The notes under the pieces: generated by a model | The model's database searches: none | Seen by the model: only the letters and a program-made list of their open reading frames with translations | What the model was told of the DNA's origin: nothing | Translations under genes and position numbers: made by a program | In this document: positions 1 through 9,882 of the stretch, one piece after another | How the letters are laid out: each line of letters begins with the position of its first letter | How positions within the stretch are numbered: the first letter of the stretch is position 1 | Origin: Candidatus Nomurabacteria bacterium | GTDB lineage: Bacteria; Patescibacteriota; Patescibacteriia; HK-STAS-PATE-3 | Reading direction: 5' to 3' | NCBI GenBank assembly: GCA_023898465.1 | Contig: CP060223.1 | Coordinates: forward strand, 192,001-256,000 | Length of the DNA stretch: 64,000 bases

Positions 1-256
1 ATATGGGATTTTCGTCCCTAAATAGCGGTTCTTGAGCCTCTAGTACACTGAGGACACGTTGGTGTACTTCGGGGTCTTCTGAAGCCACATTAATATGTAT
101 AATTTGTCCGACATAATAGTAGCCAGCAAATTCAGGCGCAGTAGCTGCAATGTTTAGGAATTTATCATGAATAGAATCTTGGAAAAAGGCAGTACATGGG
201 AACAATAAAATAATAGCTAGGCTAAATAGTCCGCTTTTAAAAATCTTTTTTTGCAT
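1..256 (-). CDS. Partial CDS (N-terminal ~85 aa), signal-peptide/lipoprotein-like secreted protein; gene continues beyond window start
   Basis: Open frame on minus strand from ATG at 256-254 to position 1 with no stop (MQKKIFKSGLFSLAIILLFPCTAFFQDS...); hydrophobic N-terminus followed by Cys (LFPC, lipobox-like). Not in ORF track because truncated by window edge. Confidence 0.35.
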   Translation of the reverse strand, partial: MQKKIFKSGLFSLAIILLFPCTAFFQDSIHDKFLNIAATAPEFAGYYYVGQIIHINVASEDPEVHQRVLSVLEAQEPLFRDENPI

Positions 257-287
257 AGTCGCAGTCCCTTTATTAAAACACCTGCGT

Positions 288-785
288 TTATTCTATCCTT
301 ATCACCTTACACGTAACCGTTTTAGCTCCTGATTGATAAGTGATACTTTCTCCTACTCGATGACTCATCAGGGCGGAGCCAATAGGTGAATTCTGTGAAA
401 TTATTCCTTGGCTTGGATTTGCTTCGGCGGAACCGAGAATCTGATAAGTTTTTTGTTGACCCTCAATCTCAATGGTGACATGATGACCGAGCTGTATTTC
501 AGAAGTGTTTCTTGGCGTTCTGATAATTTCTGCACGCTTTAGTTGATCCTCAAGCTCAAGTATTCTTTGATTCATTCCGCGCAAACGCCCTTTAGCCATT
601 GCATACCCGGCATTTTCAGAAAAATCACCGCCCTCACTAAGTACCTTAACTTCCTCAGCTAAGCGTGCGCGAGTGTTTTTGATCTTTTGCAAAGTTTCTT
701 GCAGTTCGGTGTGTTTTGCTTCTGTGAGACGAGTGTCTGGTACGGCCTGTGCGTATGTGCTTGGTTTTCGTTTTGGAATTCGCAT
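288..785 (-). CDS. greA: Transcription elongation factor GreA
   Basis: 165 aa; N-terminal coiled-coil and C-terminal FKBP-like domain with typical GreA motifs (…RARLAEEVKVLSEGGDFSENAGY… / …SPIGSALMSHRVGE…). Confidence 0.9.
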   Translation of the reverse strand: MRIPKRKPSTYAQAVPDTRLTEAKHTELQETLQKIKNTRARLAEEVKVLSEGGDFSENAGYAMAKGRLRGMNQRILELEDQLKRAEIIRTPRNTSEIQLGHHVTIEIEGQQKTYQILGSAEANPSQGIISQNSPIGSALMSHRVGESITYQSGAKTVTCKVIRIE

Positions 786-926
786 GGCGCTTGTTATATG
801 TTGAGGTGTGTAGAATAACGAGACACAAGGGTTAAGTGCCGTGTATCCATCGATATAGCTGACTGTCGCGACATTATTATATTTAGAATTCGTTACTGTA
901 ATTAACCAATTATTATTTGTGTCTGT

Positions 927-1430
927 CTAACGAATTTCAAAAGTGTGTAGAGAGGAGCTTAATATAGGCATATTTTGTCCTTGGTATAAAAAGCCCTGGA
1001 TTGTATATACTCCCGGCGTTGAAGGAATAGGAATATCGGGGTAGGAGTTTGGAAGAGGATTCCAAAGATATTTGTCTAATCTTGTTTCGTATATTACTTC
1101 TTCTCCAGAACTAAAAGTTTTTGAGCTGAGGGAAAGATCATGAACCGCCCGAGAATCCCACAGTTGCTTTCCATTCATATCCGATATTACAAACGCATGT
1201 GCGGGATTCCCTCCAAGCTCTATAGTAATAGCTTGATCGCTAGAATTTTTAACATGCAGTTTTAGTGTGACTTCTTCACCAACCCTAATTGAAGCGGGAA
1301 CATCTAGAGTAAGTTCGAGTAATTTAGCGGAATTCTGTGGAAGGCTGATACGGAGAACTAGATAGGTCCCTATTATTCCAATTAAGACAATCAAGAGAAT
1401 AAATATCGACTTTTGTGTTGCTAGTTTCAT
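927..1430 (-). CDS. Hypothetical membrane-anchored exported protein, possibly BsuPI-like (intracellular proteinase inhibitor fold)
   Basis: 167 aa, N-terminal TM helix (IFILLIVLIGIIGTYLV); beta-rich domain (…ASIRVGEEVTLKLHVKNSSDQAITIELGGNPAHAFVISDMNGKQLWDS…) resembling BsuPI family; assignment by recall only. Confidence 0.4.
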   Translation of the reverse strand: MKLATQKSIFILLIVLIGIIGTYLVLRISLPQNSAKLLELTLDVPASIRVGEEVTLKLHVKNSSDQAITIELGGNPAHAFVISDMNGKQLWDSRAVHDLSLSSKTFSSGEEVIYETRLDKYLWNPLPNSYPDIPIPSTPGVYTIQGFLYQGQNMPILSSSLHTFEIR

Positions 1431-1594
1431 AGTAGAAAAAATGTACTAGCTGTGCTGGCGGAGAGGGTGGGATTCTGCTCCCCCGAGCCATTCACGGAGC
1501 TCATGGCTCTCCTCCGCAGCCGGGCGGCCTCGCTGCATCCCTTACGGGCGCTCGGCTCGCCTTCGAATGCAATTATTTTGCCACGCTCAGAGCG

Positions 1595-1684
1595 TGGCGG
1601 AGAGGGTGGGATTCGAACCCACGGAGCCCTTTCGAGCTCAACACATTAGCAGTGTGCTGCTTTCGACCACTCAGCCACCTCTCC
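1595..1684 (-). tRNA. tRNA-Ser (anticodon GCU), class II with long variable arm
   Basis: Reverse complement GGAGAGGTGGCTGAGTGGTCGAAAGCAGCACACTGCTAATGTGTTGAGCTCGAAAGGGCTCCGTGGGTTCGAATCCCACCCTCTCCGCCA folds as cloverleaf: 7-bp acceptor, 3-bp D-stem, anticodon loop CTGCTAA (GCT), 6-bp variable stem with GAAA loop, T-loop TTCGAAT, encoded CCA. Confidence 0.85.
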
Positions 1685-1798
1685 ATGTAGTATTGCAAAA
1701 GTTTTAAAATGACCCAACTCTACACTTCTTCGTTTTATTTTTTTACTCGTCCGCCACGGCTAGACCCTAGGCGTGGCGGGCGGGCCACCTCTCCAAAA

Positions 1799-2512
1799 TT
1801 ACTTGTCAGTGTTTTTAAGGCCTTTCGCGAATACAAGACCCCACACACGCTTGGCACCGGCCTGTTTACAGACCTGGGCCGCGGCCGCTAAGGTTGCGCC
1901 TGTAGTGAACACATCGTCGATGAGTATAACAGATTTTTCCGCGAAATCAAGGCCTGGACGGATTTGAAATGCATTGGCCAAATTTCGGATTCGATCGCTT
2001 GCCTGCAATCTGGCCTGCTGTTGCGTGGCTTTCACTCGGAGAAGCGCATCTGTGCTTATTAAGTTCGTTTCCTCAGCTACTACCCGGCTGAGATAAGCAC
2101 TTTGATTAAAGCCGCGAAAACGTAAGCGTGAAGAATGCAGAGGGATAGGGACGAGTATCGCGTTAGGTAAAGTCGGTTGATGCTCAGTCAGGCTGCGCGC
2201 CATGTGTTTACCGAGGAAGGGATATATTCCTTTCCAGAATTTGAATTTATATCCGTGAATAATTTCATGGACAAGGGGAGCTTGGTAGCTAGTGACCGCG
2301 ATCAAAGCATCGAGAGCTTTTTCTTTTTGGCACGCGTCGCAGGTAGTATTCATCTTATTCGCTTGATGACAAAAAGGACAGACGCGGGGAGCTGCTGGAA
2401 ATACATTACACTTTTCACATAACCATTCACCTTCGCGTCCGCAACCTAAACACTCGATCGGAAAAAGGAGATCGAGAAGTAGGGTAAAAAGTTTTTGGAG
2501 CTGAATTGGCAT
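1799..2512 (-). CDS. comFC: ComF family protein (ComFC/GntX-like): double zinc ribbon + phosphoribosyltransferase domain
   Basis: 237 aa; N-terminal CxxC…CxxC pairs (CLGCGREGEWLCEKC / CPFCHQ…CDAC) and C-terminal PRTase motif VILIDDVFTTGATL. Confidence 0.85.
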   Translation of the reverse strand: MPIQLQKLFTLLLDLLFPIECLGCGREGEWLCEKCNVFPAAPRVCPFCHQANKMNTTCDACQKEKALDALIAVTSYQAPLVHEIIHGYKFKFWKGIYPFLGKHMARSLTEHQPTLPNAILVPIPLHSSRLRFRGFNQSAYLSRVVAEETNLISTDALLRVKATQQQARLQASDRIRNLANAFQIRPGLDFAEKSVILIDDVFTTGATLAAAAQVCKQAGAKRVWGLVFAKGLKNTDK

Positions 2513-2566
2513 AGTAGCGTATCATTATCCCGTGAGGGATGATCGCCACCATGTCTAGAATACGGG

Positions 2567-5086
2567 TCAGGTCGTAAAGGTGAGTTGGCCGTTACGAGCA
2601 CCTACTGTTACTTTAGCGCCAGCCTGAATTGATCCATCGAGCAATTTAGCCGCTAATGCATTTTCAATATGCTCTTGAATGACGCGACGAACTGCCCGTG
2701 CGCCAAATTCTGGCTTAAATCCTGTTTGCGCAATAAATTCTTCAGCGCCACGAGTGAGCTTGATGCTGATATGTTGTTCCTCAAGTCGTTGACGTAACTC
2801 CTTCATCTGCAAGCGAACGATCTCGATAACCTGCTCAGGATTTAATGGACGGAACACGATAATCTCATCAAGTCGATTCAGGAACTCCGGTCGAAATTCT
2901 CGCTCCACTTCATGCAGCACCTGTTCTTTAATGCGTTGATACTCAGTCTCAAAGTCTGAGCTCTTTTCCTCTTTTGCTGAGGTTGCGAAACCTAGACTGG
3001 CTGCTCGCTGCAATTCGGCAATGCCAATATTCGAGGTCATGATGATAATGGTATTTTTGAAGTTCACCCGGCGACCGCTGGCATCGGTTAGGTGGCCATC
3101 ATCCAATACTTGCAAGAAGACATTAAAAATATCCGGATGCGCTTTTTCAATTTCATCGAGTAATAAGACCGAATACGGTTTACGTCTGATTTGATCTGTT
3201 AGGGTGTTTTGATCTTTGTAGCCCACATAACCGGCCGGTGCGCCAAGCAACTTTGAAGTATTAAAACTTTCGCCGTATTCCGACATATCAATGCGAATAA
3301 GCGCCTTTGGATCTTTAAAAACTATTTCAGCAATCTTTTTCGCAGTTTCCGTTTTACCAATACCGGAGGGACCCAGGAAAAGGAAAGAGGCAATCGGCCT
3401 GCTTGGATGACTTAAGCCAACTCGTGAGCGACGGATAAAACTGGAGACTGACTTGATCGCCTCGTCCTGGCCGACGATGTGTTCTTTCAGTAGCGCTTCC
3501 AGGTTTAAGAGGCGTTCTTTTTCCTCTTTCACCAAATCCTCCAGCGGGATGCCGGTAGCGCGTGAAATAACTTCAGCGATTTTTTGCGTATCAACCGTGC
3601 CTTCGTAGCGTGATTCCTCGAGGCGAATTTTTTCCTGCAGTTTTTCTAAACGCTTGCGCAGTTGTAATTCTTCATTGCGTGCCTTGACTGCTTCGGCAAA
3701 GTTTTCTGATTGTACAGAAGCATTTTTTACCTGCTCTAATTCCTGCAGCCGATTTTCAATTTCCTCGTACTGCTGCATCAACGGACTTTTCTTACGCAGC
3801 ACTTTTTGCTTCGAAGCCGCTTCATCAATCAAATCAATTGCCTTGTCCGGCAGGAATTTATCTTGGATATAGCGCACACTCATTTGTACGGCAGCTTGTA
3901 CCGCATCGTCAGTGATGTGCACCCGATGATACTGTTCATAATAACGCTTGATGCCCTGCAGTATTTTAATTGTTTCCTCAGGGGTAGGTTCATCTACAAT
4001 AATAGGCTGGAAACGTCGCTCTAGGGCCGCGTCAGCTTCAATATGCTTACGATATTCATCGAGTGTGGTGGCGCCAATGCAGCGGACATTCCCTTTTGCC
4101 AGGGCGGGCTTCAAAATATTTGCCGCATCCATAGAGCCAGAAGCTGAGCCGGTGCCGACGATGGTGTGCAGCTCATCAATAAAGAGGATGATATTAGGAT
4201 CAGCTTTAATCTCTTCAATAACCTGACGGAGACGACTTTCAAATTCGCCGCGATACATTGTCCCGGCTACTAGGAGACTCATATCTAAGCTCAAGAGTCG
4301 CTTGTTGCGCAGCGCGTCGGGCACTTGTTTTTCCATAATTTTCTTGGCCAGACCCTCCACAATTGCTGTTTTTCCGACTCCCGGGTCTCCAATCAACACA
4401 GGATTATTTTTTGTGCGTCGAGAAAGGATATTCATTAAACGATCAATTTCACCCTCTCGGCCGATTACTGGGTCAATACCTTTTTGTAGCGAGGAATTGG
4501 TTAATTCGGTGGTGAAAAATTCGAGCGCCGATCCTTTTTGTTGATTTGGGTCACCCATAATACCCGCCTCGAGTGCCTCCTCTTTACCTACCTCAAAGAA
4601 ACCAGTCAGGTCAGGGAATTTGGTGGTGCTACGGAGGACGACATACACTTGGCGCTGAATCTCTTTCAATTTTATCGCGTGCTCATTGAAGTAGCGTTCT
4701 AAGGTGGGATCATTGAGTTGCAATAAACCTAGGAGCAGATGTTCAGTGCCAATATACTTATGTCCGTGCTCTTTTGCGATCAAGGCAGCTTTTTCGGTTG
4801 CTCTCTTAGCTGGCAAAGAAAATTTTACCTGCTCTTTGGTAAAATGAAGATCAGGGGAAAGAGGTTCATTCCGCTCAATAATAAAACTCTTGAGTATTTC
4901 AGCTTCCACACCCGCCTTGTTTAATATTTCTGCAGCAATACCTCCGCGGCTTTCGAGTAAGCCATAGAGCAAATGTTCAGGGTTTAAAAAGACGTGGCGT
5001 AGATCAGCTGATAAACGCGAAGCCTGCTCAAAGGTGGCCTTGAGATGGGTAGTAAATTTTTGTGCTAGAGGTGGTTTCTTCTCCAT
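2567..5086 (-). CDS. clpC: ATP-dependent Clp protease ATP-binding subunit (ClpC-type AAA+ unfoldase)
   Basis: 839 aa; Clp_N repeats, two AAA+ modules with Walker [16 protein letters not shown] and [13 protein letters not shown], short middle coiled-coil, ClpP-docking-like loop (…SLGFAT…). Confidence 0.85.
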   Translation of the reverse strand: MEKKPPLAQKFTTHLKATFEQASRLSADLRHVFLNPEHLLYGLLESRGGIAAEILNKAGVEAEILKSFIIERNEPLSPDLHFTKEQVKFSLPAKRATEKAALIAKEHGHKYIGTEHLLLGLLQLNDPTLERYFNEHAIKLKEIQRQVYVVLRSTTKFPDLTGFFEVGKEEALEAGIMGDPNQQKGSALEFFTTELTNSSLQKGIDPVIGREGEIDRLMNILSRRTKNNPVLIGDPGVGKTAIVEGLAKKIMEKQVPDALRNKRLLSLDMSLLVAGTMYRGEFESRLRQVIEEIKADPNIILFIDELHTIVGTGSASGSMDAANILKPALAKGNVRCIGATTLDEYRKHIEADAALERRFQPIIVDEPTPEETIKILQGIKRYYEQYHRVHITDDAVQAAVQMSVRYIQDKFLPDKAIDLIDEAASKQKVLRKKSPLMQQYEEIENRLQELEQVKNASVQSENFAEAVKARNEELQLRKRLEKLQEKIRLEESRYEGTVDTQKIAEVISRATGIPLEDLVKEEKERLLNLEALLKEHIVGQDEAIKSVSSFIRRSRVGLSHPSRPIASFLFLGPSGIGKTETAKKIAEIVFKDPKALIRIDMSEYGESFNTSKLLGAPAGYVGYKDQNTLTDQIRRKPYSVLLLDEIEKAHPDIFNVFLQVLDDGHLTDASGRRVNFKNTIIIMTSNIGIAELQRAASLGFATSAKEEKSSDFETEYQRIKEQVLHEVEREFRPEFLNRLDEIIVFRPLNPEQVIEIVRLQMKELRQRLEEQHISIKLTRGAEEFIAQTGFKPEFGARAVRRVIQEHIENALAAKLLDGSIQAGAKVTVGARNGQLTFTT

Positions 5087-5172
5087 GAGAAGTAGATTGA
5101 AGATACAAAAATGTTCGCTTTATGTCAATCTCTGAAGTCAGAGCTTAGCACGTTGAGCGAGAGATACAAGGC

Positions 5173-5955
5173 CTATGCTAGTGACTTTTTACTGCGCGTT
5201 TCTGCGTAAAGAGTGCCAAGCAGAGAAGTGATAGCCGGCAAGGTGATTAAGATGAGTATACCTCGCAGCCAGACGTTTAATCCGTCGAGTTCAGTAGAGA
5301 TAACGAAGCAAAGTACAATCAGTACGGCAAAGAGCGCAAAAAGTCGCAAACGTGATTGCCGGGCGTAGTCTCGACTAATGCTTAGGGCCTGCGTCCCTTT
5401 TTTCTCCTCCCAGATAACAATGAATGGAGTGTAGGCAAACCATAGAGTAAAGAGAGCCAGGAAGAAGAAGGTAAGCAGGAGGATAGGCAGGACTCCGCCG
5501 AAGTACCAGCGACTAATAGCATAGGCTAGCGCAATGCCACTCACCAGTATTGCGCAAAGCGTAATCAAGGCGGGTAGTGAGATAAGGAGTACGCCAGTGT
5601 AGCGCTTCCAAAGTGAGATAATTTTCTCTTCACCGCCGAGTATGGCACGATGCAGGATAGAGGTCATCCAGGTAACAAAAAAACCATTCAGCGCAAAGTA
5701 GAGCAGGGCAAATCCGATAATGGTAAATGGATCTCCTAAAATATTTACGCTGGCTCGTATGATTCCTGACAGGCTAGAAATAGAAAAGAGTGATCCAAAA
5801 TCAGGCTTCAGATAGCTTAGCGCAAAGTAAAGCACGGTATTACACGCTACTAACAACAAGGTCACAGCGAAGAGGCCAAACCAAGCATGTTGGAGGTCAC
5901 GAATCCACCAGCGGCGAAAACTACGAATGTTATTGGGTGTTGTTTTCTCTGGCAT
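5173..5955 (-). CDS. Hypothetical polytopic membrane protein (paralog of upstream gene)
   Basis: 260 aa, multiple predicted TM helices; similar architecture to 5930-6664; overlaps it by 26 nt in a different frame. Confidence 0.5.
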   Translation of the reverse strand: MPEKTTPNNIRSFRRWWIRDLQHAWFGLFAVTLLLVACNTVLYFALSYLKPDFGSLFSISSLSGIIRASVNILGDPFTIIGFALLYFALNGFFVTWMTSILHRAILGGEEKIISLWKRYTGVLLISLPALITLCAILVSGIALAYAISRWYFGGVLPILLLTFFFLALFTLWFAYTPFIVIWEEKKGTQALSISRDYARQSRLRLFALFAVLIVLCFVISTELDGLNVWLRGILILITLPAITSLLGTLYAETRSKKSLA

Positions 5956-6664
5956 GGAAATGAATCAGCTCAGTATAGAGCGAGTAGATGAACACAACAG
6001 TGAAAGGCCACAGCAAAATATCACTTGCCAAGGGTCCAAAAACCGGAATAGTGCTAATGGTAGCCGATAGTGCGGCAAGTAAAATAAACCCAAGTAGCGT
6101 AATGAGCAGGACAGACCAAAATTTCCCCTTTACTAAACCATTACCTCTTTTTAATGCATCAATCGCAGATTTATTTTCAACAACAACTACCGTTGGCGCA
6201 AACATGAACCATATACCTAAGACAATGCCTGGAATAATAAAGAGTATAATTCCGCCCAAGACGGCGAGAGTACCAAGGAATCCAGCTATGAGCAGTGGAA
6301 GTGTTTTAGGCAGTACTGCGCGTATTTCATTGGCAATGTTTCGAGAGGAGTTATGGAGTATGCTGATAATGACTCCGGAACCCAGTGTCGTGAAGATGCC
6401 GTTTAACAGAATAACCAGAGAGGTAAATGATACCCTCAGCGTAGAAGTAAATTGTTCAGGATTATTAAATGGATCAATAAGGCCGAGATTAGCTTTCACC
6501 TGATCAAGACCGCCATTGAGATAGGTGAGTGTCATGGTAATAATGGTTACCAATGCAGAGACAGCGATAATTTGATTTGAGTAGGTCCAGAAGCGCTCCC
6601 AGCTCTTTTGGATGATGGTGAAGAGGTTAAAGGAGTTTGTTGCTTGTACCGGTGGATTATCCAT
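5930..6664 (-). CDS. Hypothetical polytopic membrane protein
   Basis: 244 aa, multiple TM helices; tandem paralog of 5173-5955. Confidence 0.5.
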   Translation of the reverse strand: MDNPPVQATNSFNLFTIIQKSWERFWTYSNQIIAVSALVTIITMTLTYLNGGLDQVKANLGLIDPFNNPEQFTSTLRVSFTSLVILLNGIFTTLGSGVIISILHNSSRNIANEIRAVLPKTLPLLIAGFLGTLAVLGGIILFIIPGIVLGIWFMFAPTVVVVENKSAIDALKRGNGLVKGKFWSVLLITLLGFILLAALSATISTIPVFGPLASDILLWPFTVVFIYSLYTELIHFHARENNTQ

Positions 6665-7565
6665 GATGTTGGCCGCCCATTTCTCTTAATGCTTGAATAC
6701 GTTTTTCAATTGGAGGATGAGTAGAGAACACACCTGAGATGTTCTTAGCTACTGTACCGAAAGGATTCGCAATGTACAAATGCGCTGTAGCATTTGAGGC
6801 TCGTTGTAATTTCGATGACCGGGATATTTTTTGCAAAGCCGAAGCAAGTCCATCAGGATAGCGAGTAAGCAGCGCACCCGAAGCATCCGCCAGATATTCG
6901 CGACGACGGGATACAGCAAATTTAATCAATTGTGCAATGATTGGCGAGAGAATAATGAGCACCAATCCAAGTATGGCAAAAACTGCATTTCCAGAAGATC
7001 GATCGCGATTTCCCCGAAAGCTCCTAAGCATCGAGCCCCGGATGAACATGTCCGAGATAATCGCGACCATACCGACCAGCACCGTTACTAGGGTCATGAA
7101 TCGAATATCATAGTTTCCAATGTGGGAGAGTTCATGCGCCAGCACGCCTTCGAGCTCCTCATTTTCCAAATGCTCCAATAAGCCGCTTGTCACGGCCAGT
7201 GAAGCGTGTTTTGGGTCCCGACCAGTAGCAAAGGCGTTCATTGCCTGATCAGGGATAATGTAGATCTGAGGAAGGGGTAGTCCTGATGTGATGCAGAGAT
7301 TCTCAACCATCCGGTAAAGATAGGGGTTATCTTCCTTGCGAATCGGACGAGCGCCTGATGACCAGAGCGCGACTTTATCCCCAGCAAAGTAGCCGCCTAT
7401 ACTCATGGTAATAGCCAAAAATAGGGCAATACCAAGGAAGAAGACACCGGAATCAGACCACGCGTCGATGGAATAACCCAGAGCTACAATGAAAACGAGG
7501 AAGAATACCATCAGTAGCACTGATCGGCGCTTATTTGCGGCAATATGCGTGTAGGTTGTCGCCAT
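6657..7565 (-). CDS. htpX: Zinc metalloprotease HtpX (M48 family)
   Basis: 302 aa; TM helices plus HELSH zinc-binding motif (…LAHELSHIGNYD…), typical HtpX layout. Confidence 0.85.
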   Translation of the reverse strand: MATTYTHIAANKRRSVLLMVFFLVFIVALGYSIDAWSDSGVFFLGIALFLAITMSIGGYFAGDKVALWSSGARPIRKEDNPYLYRMVENLCITSGLPLPQIYIIPDQAMNAFATGRDPKHASLAVTSGLLEHLENEELEGVLAHELSHIGNYDIRFMTLVTVLVGMVAIISDMFIRGSMLRSFRGNRDRSSGNAVFAILGLVLIILSPIIAQLIKFAVSRRREYLADASGALLTRYPDGLASALQKISRSSKLQRASNATAHLYIANPFGTVAKNISGVFSTHPPIEKRIQALREMGGQHHG

Positions 7566-7581
7566 GTATCCTTGAGCGCGA

Positions 7582-8136
7582 CTAGAATTTTACCTGAACG
7601 TTTTCTCGCTCGCTTGGTTCTTCGATCTCAAAGAATTCGCGAGTCTTGAAGCCAAACATTCCGGCGATCAAGTTGGTTGGGAAAACCTGCAACTTTGTGT
7701 TCAGATCTCGTACGTTACCATTAAAGAAGCGACGAGATGCTTGAATCTTGTTTTCCGTGTCAGAGAGCTCGTCCTGTAGTTTGGCAAAGTTTTCTGAAGA
7801 ACGTAGCTGTGGATAATTTTCCGACACAGCAAAAAGGCTTTTTAAAGCACCAGAGAGAGCGTTTTCTGCCTGTGCTTTTGCCTCAGTTCCCTGGGCGCTA
7901 ATTGCTTGAGCTCGAGCCTCGGTGACTTTAATAAAGACATTCTGCTCTTGCTGCGCATAACCTTTCACCGTTTCAACGAGATTGGGGATAAGGTCGTGTC
8001 GTCGCTTTAACTGAACGTCAATATCTGACCATGCTTCATCAGTGCGGTTGCGTAGACTAATAAGACCGTTGTAGGTTCCCCAGAACCAGAGCGCAATCAG
8101 AGCGATAAGTGCGAGTACAATCCAAAGATATAACAT
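7582..8136 (-). CDS. lemA: LemA family protein
   Basis: 184 aa; N-terminal TM helix then conserved LemA region (…GTYNGLISLRNRTDEAWSDIDVQLKRRHDLIPNLVETVKGYA…ENYPQLRSSENF…). Confidence 0.85.
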   Translation of the reverse strand: MLYLWIVLALIALIALWFWGTYNGLISLRNRTDEAWSDIDVQLKRRHDLIPNLVETVKGYAQQEQNVFIKVTEARAQAISAQGTEAKAQAENALSGALKSLFAVSENYPQLRSSENFAKLQDELSDTENKIQASRRFFNGNVRDLNTKLQVFPTNLIAGMFGFKTREFFEIEEPSERENVQVKF

Positions 8137-8159
8137 AATAGAGTTGCTTAGAAGTTAAA

Positions 8160-8678
8160 TTATTGCGAAAGGACTATTTTTTGAGCTGTACCTTTATTTA
8201 CTTGTCCAGCAGTATTTTTCGCTAATACTTGTATTTTATCACCAACTGATAGGGAAGAGATAGTAATGCTTTCCTCAGTGGCTGGAGCCGCATCAGTATA
8301 GTAGATTGTCCGTACAATAGCAGTATTTTCCTCAATCGTAAGGGTAATTTCTTCTCCATTTTCACCCTGCATAATGAGGGAATTACCTTGAATTCGTGCA
8401 ATAGTGCCACTAATTCCGATCATTTGACGAGCTTCATCGGAAATTTGCGATCCGGAAAGCCTTTCCAGCGCTCCCATACCTGTTACTTCATTTCCATTCG
8501 TGTCACTTTCATTTTGCTGTTGGCCCGGGAACACTAAGACGAGGACGGTAAGAATAGTCAGCACAATAGTAACGCCAATAACTGAACGCATAACCCTAAT
8601 CCAAGGGTCGTGCGCGTGTTGTCCTAGCTCGGTCTTTCGTATAATGTTTTGTGTCAGACCTGGAGTTTGTTTAGGCAT
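8160..8678 (-). CDS. Hypothetical membrane-anchored periplasmic/extracytoplasmic protein
   Basis: 172 aa; single N-terminal TM helix (VIGVTIVLTILTVLVLVF) followed by soluble beta-rich domain; no recognisable catalytic motif. Confidence 0.45.
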   Translation of the reverse strand: MPKQTPGLTQNIIRKTELGQHAHDPWIRVMRSVIGVTIVLTILTVLVLVFPGQQQNESDTNGNEVTGMGALERLSGSQISDEARQMIGISGTIARIQGNSLIMQGENGEEITLTIEENTAIVRTIYYTDAAPATEESITISSLSVGDKIQVLAKNTAGQVNKGTAQKIVLSQ

Positions 8679-8687
8679 GGGATTTTG

Positions 8688-8716
8688 TTGACGCTAGGTC
8701 GAGAAAGTGGTAGAAT
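8688..8716 (+). promoter_or_regulatory. Candidate sigma70 promoter for the surface-protein operon (TTGACG-17-TAGAAT)
   Basis: -35 TTGACG at 8688-8693, 17-nt spacer, -10 TAGAAT at 8711-8716; ~135 nt upstream of first operon ATG (8853), SD-like GGGGGAG at 8834-8840. Confidence 0.45.
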
Positions 8717-8852
8717 TTTTTTGTATTTTTTGGACGAGTGTAATTCGACCATCTGACCTACTCTATGATAGTATAGGTGTGTCGACAAGGCTCTGTCAAA
8801 GCCATTTTCCTTACTACAACAAAATTGTGCTACATCGGGGGAGTACATATTG

Positions 8853-9881
8853 ATGCGAATAAATAGTAATTCGCGTCGAAAAAAGCATATTAGTCTGCTC
8901 GTCATTCTTGGAGTGACGATGCTGTTTTTTGGTGTTTCCCAAGCATTTGCGTATTGGACTGAGCCTGATTTACCAGCCCCTGATTCCAGCGTGGGATATC
9001 CGATTTTCCAGGGCAGTGCAAGTGATATTTCTAGCCTTCTCAGTCAAACTAAGACCGGTGGACTCACTATTGGTCCTCCTGGAACTTTAGATATATCAGG
9101 TGGATTAAACACCAGCACTGTTTCTAGCACCTCAAATGTGGTTGTGGACAGTGGCCAGCTCTGTTTAAACGGTTTGTGTATTAGCTCATGGGGTGCGATT
9201 GCGGGAGGATATGTCCATCTGAGCCCTATTTCGGCTGATGCGGGTACGCTTTGGGTGCAGAGTAACAGTTCTGACCCGGCGCTAAACTCAAAGATTATTC
9301 CTAAAAGCAACTTCTTTGGAGTCCGCAGTATTGCCGCAGAGCCAAGTCCAGCTGCTCAGACTGCTGGAATAGCAGGTGATAGTTCAGATCAAGCCTCACC
9401 ACCCGGAGACACTCCCACCTATGGTATCGGTGGCGTGGCGGTTAACATCTCCTTCTGTGTTGGTGGAAGTAACGCCGGCGAGGTGTGTACGGCAAATAGC
9501 GATTGTACTTCAAATGTTTGTACGCCATACGATAAGAGTACGGGTGTATGGGGCTCAAATGGTGGAAATGCGAATGCCTGGGCTGGACGTTTCGATGGTC
9601 GGGTCGGTGTAGAAGGCGAACTTTGTATTAACGGCGATTGTCGCGATGTTTCAAACTGGGGCCCACCTGGTGGGTATAACGATTATGTGCGGGTACAAGA
9701 CAGCGGTGATCCTATTTTCCAAAGCGGTTTGGTAAAAATTCAAGGTACAGTGAAGAGTGGTCAGTTTGTTTTAGGTGCGCCGACTGCCTCCACCTCAATT
9801 TTGTTGACCTGCGGCGATAATCTTTGTAATTACGGTGAAAATGGCGAAAATATTGTAAATTGCGCGGAGGATTGTTCCTAA
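8853..9881 (+). CDS. Secreted Cys-containing surface protein, paralog A (N-domain + CGDG-type Cys knot)
   Basis: Signal peptide (…VSQAFA|YWTEPD); shares N-terminal module (QTKTG, ICLNGxC, YVxLS, AxAGxFxGxV) with 9883 and 15005 genes; ends with LTCGDNLCNYGENGENIVNCAEDCS knot. Confidence 0.6.
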   Translation: MRINSNSRRKKHISLLVILGVTMLFFGVSQAFAYWTEPDLPAPDSSVGYPIFQGSASDISSLLSQTKTGGLTIGPPGTLDISGGLNTSTVSSTSNVVVDSGQLCLNGLCISSWGAIAGGYVHLSPISADAGTLWVQSNSSDPALNSKIIPKSNFFGVRSIAAEPSPAAQTAGIAGDSSDQASPPGDTPTYGIGGVAVNISFCVGGSNAGEVCTANSDCTSNVCTPYDKSTGVWGSNGGNANAWAGRFDGRVGVEGELCINGDCRDVSNWGPPGGYNDYVRVQDSGDPIFQSGLVKIQGTVKSGQFVLGAPTASTSILLTCGDNLCNYGENGENIVNCAEDCS

Positions 9882-9882
9882 T

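Noticed and set aside
1452-1967. Plus-strand ORFs 1452-1649, 1709-1891, 1773-1967 in the ORF track
   Set aside because: They overlap the minus-strand tRNA-Ser, its flanking tRNA-fragment repeats/hairpins and the 3' end of comFC; translations are low-complexity (Arg/Pro/Gly-rich) as expected from GC-rich structured RNA/DNA, not proteins.
3654-4924. Several 60-90 aa plus-strand ORFs antisense to clpC
   Set aside because: Nested entirely within a strongly supported 839-aa AAA+ gene on the opposite strand; Cys/Ser-rich junk translations.
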